The notes under the pieces were generated by a model. The model saw only the letters and a program-made list of their open reading frames with translations. It ran no database searches and was not told the origin of the DNA. Shown in pieces: positions 57,901 through 64,000 of a stretch of DNA of 64,000 bases. Origin of the DNA: Myxococcota bacterium (lineage in GTDB: Bacteria > Myxococcota_A > UBA9160 > SMWR01); the NCBI GenBank assembly GCA_036336695.1, contig JAYZFQ010000109.1, forward strand, positions 8,619 through 72,618. Reading direction: 5' to 3'. Each line of letters opens with the position of its first letter. Position 1 is the stretch's first letter. Position numbers and translations under genes: made by a program.

Positions 57901-59139
57901 ATGTCACGCAAGGAAGACCTGATCGTCGGGCTCGACATCGGCACCACGAAGATCTGCGTCATCGTCGCCACGAGAACCGAAAATGGCGTCGACGTCGTGG
58001 GGATCGGGACGCATCCGTCCCGGGGCCTGCGCAAGGGGGTGGTCGTCGACATCGACGCCACGGTGGATTCCATCAAGCATGCCGTGGAAGAGGCAGAGTT
58101 GATGGCGGACTGCGAGATCACGGCCGTCTACGCCGGGATCGCAGGCGGCCACATTCGCGGCTTCAACAGCCACGGCGTCGTCGCGGTGAAGGACCGCGAG
58201 GTCAAGGACGGCGACGTGAAGCGCGTCATCGATGCCGCGAAGGCCGTGGCGATCCCGATGGACCGGGAAGTGATCCACGTGATTCCCCAGGAATTCATCA
58301 TCGACGACCAGGACGGGATCCGGGAACCGCTCGGCATGAGCGGTGTGCGCCTGGAGGCAAAGATCCACATCGTGACGGCGGCCGTCACCAGCGCACAGAA
58401 CATCGTGAAGTGCGCCAACAAGGCCGGGCTGAACGTGATGGACATCGTGCTCGAGCCGCTCGCCTCAGCCGAGGCGACCCTGGCCGACGACGAGCGGGAT
58501 CTCGGGGTCTGCCTGATCGATATCGGCGGCGGCACCACGGACGTGGCGGTCTTCGCCGAGGGCTCGATCAAGCACACCTCGGTCCTGGGGCTGGGCGGCT
58601 ACCACATCTCCAACGACATCGCGGTGGGCCTGCGGACGCCCTTCGAGGAGGCCGAGCGGATCAAGAAGAAGTTCGGCGTGGCCTCGGCCCGGTACCTGGG
58701 CAGCGACGACGTGATCAGCGTACCCAGCGTGGGAGGCCGGCGGCCGCGCCAGGTCTCGCGAAAGATACTTTGTGAGATCATCGAACCTCGTGTGGACGAG
58801 ATCCTCTCGCTCGCACGCCAGGAAGTGGGCAAAGCGGGCCTCGAGGACCGGATTCCCTCGGGCGTGGTCCTCACCGGCGGGTGCTCCGCCCTCGCCGGGC
58901 TGCCGGAACTGGCCGAGGAGATCTTCGAAGCCCCGGTGCGCCCCGGAACACCCACCCACGTGGGCGGACTCCAGGACGTGGTCCGCGGCCCGATGTACGC
59001 GACCGGCGTGGGACTCGCCCTGTTCGGGGCCGCCCAGGGCCGGACCCGCAACGCGACGCGTTTCCGGATCCGGGACGACTCCATTTTCGGGCGCGTCAAG
59101 CAGCGAATGCGGGACTGGTTCTACGAAGAGCTGAGCTGA
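57901..59139 (+). CDS. ftsA: Cell division protein FtsA
   Basis: GLDIGTTKI, DIGGGTTD, VLTGG; amphipathic C-terminus. Confidence 0.97.
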   Translation: MSRKEDLIVGLDIGTTKICVIVATRTENGVDVVGIGTHPSRGLRKGVVVDIDATVDSIKHAVEEAELMADCEITAVYAGIAGGHIRGFNSHGVVAVKDREVKDGDVKRVIDAAKAVAIPMDREVIHVIPQEFIIDDQDGIREPLGMSGVRLEAKIHIVTAAVTSAQNIVKCANKAGLNVMDIVLEPLASAEATLADDERDLGVCLIDIGGGTTDVAVFAEGSIKHTSVLGLGGYHISNDIAVGLRTPFEEAERIKKKFGVASARYLGSDDVISVPSVGGRRPRQVSRKILCEIIEPRVDEILSLARQEVGKAGLEDRIPSGVVLTGGCSALAGLPELAEEIFEAPVRPGTPTHVGGLQDVVRGPMYATGVGLALFGAAQGRTRNATRFRIRDDSIFGRVKQRMRDWFYEELS

Positions 59140-59303
59140 TGCACGTGGCCACCGGGTTCCGTGGCGTTTTCGGCGACAACAACGGTGTTTTTTTGTATGG
59201 TTTTGCGCGCGCAGCGCGCGGGGGGTGAGTCATGGCGAAGCGTACGCGATCACGCTCGGACACTAAGTCGTCCGAGACCCTGATTCCGGATGACGGAAGG
59301 GAA

Positions 59304-60563
59304 ATGCTGGAGTTCGAAGACGCATCGAACCAGCGTGCCTCGATCAAGGTCGTCGGCGTGGGCGGCGGTGGCGGCAACGCCATCAACAACATGATCGAGT
59401 CGGGCCTCAAGGGCGTCGAGTTCATCGCCGCCAATACAGACGCCCAGGCACTCCAGTACAACCTCGCTCCGTCGAAGCTGCAGCTCGGCTCGGAGATCAC
59501 CCGCGGTCTCGGCTGCGGGGCCGACCCGGAGAAGGGCCGCGGCTCGGCAATGGAGGTTCGCGAGCGCATTCGCGAGCAGCTCGAGGGCACGGACATGGTG
59601 TTCGTGACCGCGGGGCTCGGCGGCGGCACCGGCACGGGCGCCGCCCCGGTGGTCGCCGAGGTCGCCCGAGAAATCGGGGCCCTGACGGTCGGCGTGGTCA
59701 CCAAGCCCTTCATCTTCGAGGGCCGGGTCCGGCAGAAGCACGCGGAGAAGGGCCTGGACGCCCTCCATCGCGTGGTCGACACGGTGATCACCATCCCGAA
59801 CCAGCGCCTGCTGGCCCTGGCGGGCAAGAACACCGCGATGCAGGATGCCTTCCAGCTGGCCGACGAAGTCCTCTTCAACGCCGTGCGCGGCATCTCCGAC
59901 CTGATCACGATCCACGGCCTCATCAATCTCGACTTCGCCGACGTGCGTACGATCATGAACGAGATGGGCGTCGCGCTGATGGGGACGGGGTCGGCCCAGG
60001 GCGAAGAGCGCTCCATGGAAGCGGCCCGCGCCGCCATCTCGAGTCCGCTGCTGGAAGACCTGTCCATCGACGGCGCCCACGGCGTGCTCATCAACATCAC
60101 CGGCGGATCGGACCTGACGCTGTTCGAGGTGAACGAAGCGTCGACCCTGATCCAGGAGGCGGCCCACGAAGAGGCCAACATCATCTTCGGCGCGGTCATC
60201 GACGAGACCATCGACGACGGCTCCATGCGCGTCACGGTGATCGCCACCGGATTGGACGATGACCGCATGCAGCGCGGTCGCAGCCCGGAGGCCGACGCGG
60301 CGCACCACGGCAACGTCACGCCGCTGCACCGGGAAGCCGGCGGCAGCCGAGCCGGCGCCCCGGCCGCGGAGCAACAGGGCGAACTCGGCAGCGCAGCCGT
60401 CGATGCCGACGGCGAACCCGAGACGATCGAGAAGCCCAGCGACTTCCTGTCCCCGTTCGAGGAAGACGAACTCGACGTTCCGACCTTCCTGCGCCGCGGC
60501 GAAGGCGACGACGAGGAAGAAAACGAAGACGAGCCCACGTTCCTGCGCCGCCAGATGGACTGA
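59304..60563 (+). CDS. ftsZ: Cell division protein FtsZ
   Basis: [21 protein letters not shown]; alternative upstream ATG 59232. Confidence 0.97.
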   Translation: MLEFEDASNQRASIKVVGVGGGGGNAINNMIESGLKGVEFIAANTDAQALQYNLAPSKLQLGSEITRGLGCGADPEKGRGSAMEVRERIREQLEGTDMVFVTAGLGGGTGTGAAPVVAEVAREIGALTVGVVTKPFIFEGRVRQKHAEKGLDALHRVVDTVITIPNQRLLALAGKNTAMQDAFQLADEVLFNAVRGISDLITIHGLINLDFADVRTIMNEMGVALMGTGSAQGEERSMEAARAAISSPLLEDLSIDGAHGVLINITGGSDLTLFEVNEASTLIQEAAHEEANIIFGAVIDETIDDGSMRVTVIATGLDDDRMQRGRSPEADAAHHGNVTPLHREAGGSRAGAPAAEQQGELGSAAVDADGEPETIEKPSDFLSPFEEDELDVPTFLRRGEGDDEEENEDEPTFLRRQMD

Positions 60564-60575
60564 GTTCCGGTTCCC

Positions 60576-60602
60576 GGGGAGGGGGCCCGCCGCCCCCTCC
60601 CC
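60576..60602 (+). terminator. Hairpin ending the dcw cluster
   Basis: Perfect 11-bp stem GGGGAGGGGGC/GCCCCCTCCCC; only a weak U-tract. Confidence 0.6.
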
Positions 60603-60626
60603 GCTTCTCCGCTAGCCTTCCCTGCC

Positions 60627-61433
60627 ATGCCGGATCTGGTTCTCGTCCAGCGCGACGACGACGTCGCCCTCCTCACCTTCAACGATCCCGAGCGCCGCAA
60701 CGCCATGACCCGGGCCATGGGAGAGGCGTTTTCCGCCGCCAGCGCCGAACTCGCCCGAGAGCCGTCCCTGCGCTGCGTCGTCCTGACCGGCGCGGGTCGC
60801 GGGTTCTCGGCAGGCGGCGACCTCGGGATGATCCAAGCCCAGTCCGATGCGGGCCGCGCCGACCCCGAGGCCGCCCAGCCCGAAATCCGCGACACCATGC
60901 GCGCCTTCTACGGGCTCTTCCTGTCCGTGCGCGAGATCGGTTGCCCGACCATTGCGGCGCTCAACGGCGCGGCGATCGGCGCCGGCCTCTGCGTCGCCCT
61001 GGCCTGCGACCTGCGGATCGCGAGCAAGGACGCCAAGCTCGGCCTCAACTTCGCCCGGCTCGGCCTCCACCCCGGCATGGGCGCCACCTGGACCCTGCCC
61101 CGCCTGGTGGGCCCGGCGCACGCGGCCGAACTCCTCTTCACCGGCCGCACGCTCACGGGCGCCGAGGCCGCGGGCATCGGCCTGGTCAACCGCGCGGTTC
61201 CGGCCGCGGAGGTCCTCCCCACCGCCCGGGCGCTCGCCGGGGAGATCGCTGCGGCCGGCCCCATCGCCAACCGCGGCATCAAGCGGGCCCTGGCCCGGTC
61301 GGCCGGAGCGAGCCTGGACGACCAGCTCACCTTCGAGGCAAGCGTCCAGGCGGAAACCTTCGCCACCGAGGACGCCCGCGAGGGGCTCGACGCCGCCAAG
61401 GAGCGCCGCGCGCCGCGCTTCAGCGGACGCTGA
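60627..61433 (+). CDS. Enoyl-CoA hydratase/isomerase-family protein
   Basis: FSAGGDL, NGAAIGAG...ACDLR, LGLHPGMG. Confidence 0.92.
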   Translation: MPDLVLVQRDDDVALLTFNDPERRNAMTRAMGEAFSAASAELAREPSLRCVVLTGAGRGFSAGGDLGMIQAQSDAGRADPEAAQPEIRDTMRAFYGLFLSVREIGCPTIAALNGAAIGAGLCVALACDLRIASKDAKLGLNFARLGLHPGMGATWTLPRLVGPAHAAELLFTGRTLTGAEAAGIGLVNRAVPAAEVLPTARALAGEIAAAGPIANRGIKRALARSAGASLDDQLTFEASVQAETFATEDAREGLDAAKERRAPRFSGR

Positions 61434-61440
61434 CCCCTCC

Positions 61441-62682
61441 CTAGGCGACCTCGGGAAGCCCGTACAGATCGACGGCGTTCAGCCCGAAGATCCGGTCCTG
61501 TGCGGCGCCGGGCAGGCCCTCCATCGCCTCGCGCAACTCGTCGACGACCCCGGGAATCTTCGCGTCCGGATGGGGGTAATCGCTCGCCCAGATGATGCGA
61601 TCGGCACCGACGAGATCGCTCTCGGCCGTCATGCGCAGCGTGCTCTCGTCGGGATCGAAAGAGATCCAGCACTGGCGCTTGAAGTATTCCGAGGGCTTCA
61701 TCTTGAGTTGGGGGACCTCCCACTGGAAGATCTCGTAGTGGTGATCGAGTCGTTCGAGAATCGGCACGATCCAGCCGCCGTTGGCCTCGAGAAAGATGCA
61801 GCGCAGACGTGGGAAGCGCTCCAGGACCCCCCCGCAGATCAACATCGTGAGGGCGATCTGCATGTCGAATACGTTGCCCAGCGCCTGGGTGAAGAAGATG
61901 TTCTTGTTGCCGAACGTGCCGTCGGCCCGCTGGTCCTGCTCTCCGGTCATCTCCATGACCGACTTCGCCCCGGGGGCGATGAACTCGCTCAGGCCGAGCT
62001 GACGAACCGCACCCGGCATGTCGGGCATGAGATACGGGTGGAACCCCACCGCGAGATCGAGATCCTGGAAGGCCGCCCAGAGCCGGTCGTAGGCGGGATC
62101 GCAGAACCACTCGCCCGCCCGGCTCGGGTTCGGCCGGAGGAAGACACCGACGTGGCCGAGCTTTCGCGCGTCTTCGACCACCCGGATGCAGCGCTCGACC
62201 TCGGTCTGGGGAGTCACGGCGATCCCGAACAGGCGGCTGGGCGATTCCGAGCAGAAATCCGCGATCCACCGGTTGTACGCCCGGGACTGGGCCTCGGCGA
62301 AATCGAGGTCCGCAAGGCTTGAGATCCCGAGAAACTGGGTCGGATACACGACCGCCTGCTCGATGTCGTCCTGGGCCATCTCGGTGAGCCGCCGAGCCGG
62401 GTCGAACGCCCCGGTCCGAATGTCCGTGTACCGCATCTCTCCGGCCAGGCAGCGCTTCCGGTCCTCCAGGCTCATGCCGCCGGCCCCCGCCAGGGACATC
62501 CGGTTGGCGTAGATCTTGAGATCGTCGTAGAGGCACCACTCGGTCCCCGCGGCGTCGGCCTCCACGTGGAAACAGCGTGCCTGGTACTCCGCGGGCATGT
62601 ATTCGAGCATCGCGGTGGGGTGCTCGAGAACGTGGCCGTCGGCATCGACAATGCGCGGCTGGGGGTTGGAAACGCTGGCCAT
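61441..62682 (-). CDS. Amidohydrolase-2-family metallohydrolase
   Basis: DADGH, FHP, FLEANGGW, WASDYPHPD. Confidence 0.9.
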   Translation of the reverse strand: MASVSNPQPRIVDADGHVLEHPTAMLEYMPAEYQARCFHVEADAAGTEWCLYDDLKIYANRMSLAGAGGMSLEDRKRCLAGEMRYTDIRTGAFDPARRLTEMAQDDIEQAVVYPTQFLGISSLADLDFAEAQSRAYNRWIADFCSESPSRLFGIAVTPQTEVERCIRVVEDARKLGHVGVFLRPNPSRAGEWFCDPAYDRLWAAFQDLDLAVGFHPYLMPDMPGAVRQLGLSEFIAPGAKSVMEMTGEQDQRADGTFGNKNIFFTQALGNVFDMQIALTMLICGGVLERFPRLRCIFLEANGGWIVPILERLDHHYEIFQWEVPQLKMKPSEYFKRQCWISFDPDESTLRMTAESDLVGADRIIWASDYPHPDAKIPGVVDELREAMEGLPGAAQDRIFGLNAVDLYGLPEVA

Positions 62683-62743
62683 GGGGGGACCCTCCTTCCG
62701 GGGCTCCTATCCTACTCCCTGGCACCCCTTCGCAGGAACCCGG

Positions 62744-63202
62744 CTAGCCGGCGTCGCCCGCACTCAACAGGCGGCGAACGACCTCGCTGACCTGCTTGCC
62801 GTCCGCCGCGCCGCCCAGACGCTCCAGGGCGGGTTTCATGACCCGCCCCATGTCCCGCGGGCTCTCGGCGCCGACCTCGGCAATGACCTCCCGGACCACG
62901 CGCTCGACGTCCCCGGCAGCCGGCGCCGCGGGGAGATAGGCCTCCAGCACCTCCCGCTCCCGGCTCTCCTTCTCCGCCAGGTCCTCGCGCCCCCCGGCGC
63001 GATACTGCTCGATGGCATCGACGCGCTGCTTCACGAGACTCCGCAGCACCCGGAGAACCCCATCGTCGTCAAGACTCCCGCCGGTCTCGATCTCCCGGTT
63101 GCGCACAGCCCCGCGCACTCCCCGGATCGTCTCGAGCCGGACCTTGTCCCGCTCGCGAAGCGCCGCCTTCATGTCGGCTTCGAGCCGTTCGGCCAGACTC
63201 AT
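62744..63202 (-). CDS. yqeY: GatB/YqeY domain protein
   Basis: DMKAALRERDK, KQRVDAIEQY..GGREDL, YLP, DMGRVMK. Confidence 0.92.
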   Translation of the reverse strand: MSLAERLEADMKAALRERDKVRLETIRGVRGAVRNREIETGGSLDDDGVLRVLRSLVKQRVDAIEQYRAGGREDLAEKESREREVLEAYLPAAPAAGDVERVVREVIAEVGAESPRDMGRVMKPALERLGGAADGKQVSEVVRRLLSAGDAG

Positions 63203-63334
63203 GGCCTCCCCTCCCCCACTTTCGTGACTCCAGTCACCCCTCGGGACACGATTGTGTGCTAATCCCTCAAGTGTTTCAAAACTCGTACGAAATAGACTCT
63301 ATTGGACTGACACGAGGAAAGGGGGGGTGACCTC

Positions 63335-63421
63335 GTGAGCCGAGCTCTCAAGAGCCGGAGCCTGTGGCTGACGCTGACCTACGTGGGTGTGATCCTGCTG
63401 ATGGCGCGCGCGTACGCCTAG
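63335..63421 (+). CDS. Putative 28-aa single-TM small protein
   Basis: GAAAGGGGGGGTGA RBS-like element; GTG...TAG encodes [28 protein letters not shown] with GC3-rich codons; its stop overlaps the ndk stop. Confidence 0.5.
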   Translation: MSRALKSRSLWLTLTYVGVILLMARAYA

Positions 63422-63861
63422 ATCGCTTCGACTGAACCCAGAATTTCAGTGGCATTGAAAAAGTAGGACGTCTCGATTCGCGCCGTCTCGGGCGCGTCGG
63501 ATCCGTGAGACGCATTCCGCTCGATATCGGTGCCGAAATCCCCCCGAATCGTGCCCGCTTCTGCCTGCGTCGAGTCCGTCGGCCCCATCAGGTCGCGCCA
63601 GCGGGCGATGGCGTTCTCGCCTTCCAGGATCGCCACCACGACCGGCCCGGAAGTCATGAACTTCACGAGTTCGCCGTAGAACGGGCGTTCCTTGTGCACG
63701 GCGTAGAAGCCCCGGGCTTCCTCTTCGCTCAGCCGGAGCTTCTTGAGCGCAACGATTTCGAGTCCCGACTCCTCGATGCGGGCCAGAATCTGGCCGGCCA
63801 CCCCCGGGCGGCCCGCTGCGTCGGGTTTCACGATGGCCAGGGTCCGCTGCACTTCGGGCAT
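63418..63861 (-). CDS. ndk: Nucleoside diphosphate kinase
   Basis: [33 protein letters not shown]. Confidence 0.97.
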   Translation of the reverse strand: MPEVQRTLAIVKPDAAGRPGVAGQILARIEESGLEIVALKKLRLSEEEARGFYAVHKERPFYGELVKFMTSGPVVVAILEGENAIARWRDLMGPTDSTQAEAGTIRGDFGTDIERNASHGSDAPETARIETSYFFNATEILGSVEAI

Positions 63862-63893
63862 TCGCTGCGCTCCTCCTCGGGAAGGCGGGCAGC

Positions 63894-64000
63894 CTAGCCC
63901 GCCGACGCCCGGTCGGCGACCTTGGCGAGGTGCTCGATCTGGCCGTCTTCGCGCCCGTGGAGCACGTCGTTGTAGCTGTGGGCGCCCGTGTGGGGCCGAA
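63894..64000 (-). CDS. C-terminal fragment of an unidentified gene
   Basis: Open minus frame ...[34 protein letters not shown] ending just upstream of the ndk RBS. Confidence 0.5.
   Translation of the reverse strand, partial: RPHTGAHSYNDVLHGREDGQIEHLAKVADRASAG

Noticed and set aside
62558..62574. parS-like TCCACGTGGAA core
   Set aside because: About five mismatches to the 16-bp parS palindrome, inside a CDS, single copy.

Overview
A high-GC, gene-dense chromosomal segment with no tRNA, rRNA, CRISPR array, transposase or integrase that I could recognise. The gene mix suggests a Myxococcota/deltaproteobacterium-like organism with actinobacteria-like metabolic genes (inference). In order: a partial secreted beta-propeller gene; a DUF4124-like protein coupled to F420 genes cofD-cofC-cofE; engB and an aminotransferase; a Cys-type (System I*-like) cytochrome c maturation operon (ccmE-F-[large CcmI-like]-A-B-C); a Cys4 zinc-ribbon protein behind a ~430-nt structured leader; a minus-strand run BCCP-GNAT-SDR-plsB-hisI-hisG-Nudix; ffh; a LysM lytic transglycosylase; a 2-phosphoglycerate-kinase-like gene, M48 peptidase, trmB and rlmN; a ParA-CBM48 / degenerate MinD / degenerate nuclease-fold operon and an ECF sigma; hydrolase, DsbA, phosphomannomutase, tatA and a zinc-ribbon membrane protein; an ArsA/Get3 ATPase pair with PhaR-like and acyltransferase/epimerase genes; an HDAC; the dcw cluster (mraZ to ftsZ, no ddl); enoyl-CoA hydratase, amidohydrolase, yqeY and ndk. 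Best candidates for undescribed biology: (1) a ParA fused to a glycogen-binding domain with two apparent pseudo-enzyme partners, possibly positioning glycogen granules (27821-30284); (2) a Nudix hydrolase coupled to hisI-hisG that may replace HisE; (3) a large structured RNA between mraZ and rsmH; (4) a possible ArsA-pair/PhaR storage-inclusion module. All assignments are by-eye motif recognition; no database searches were run.
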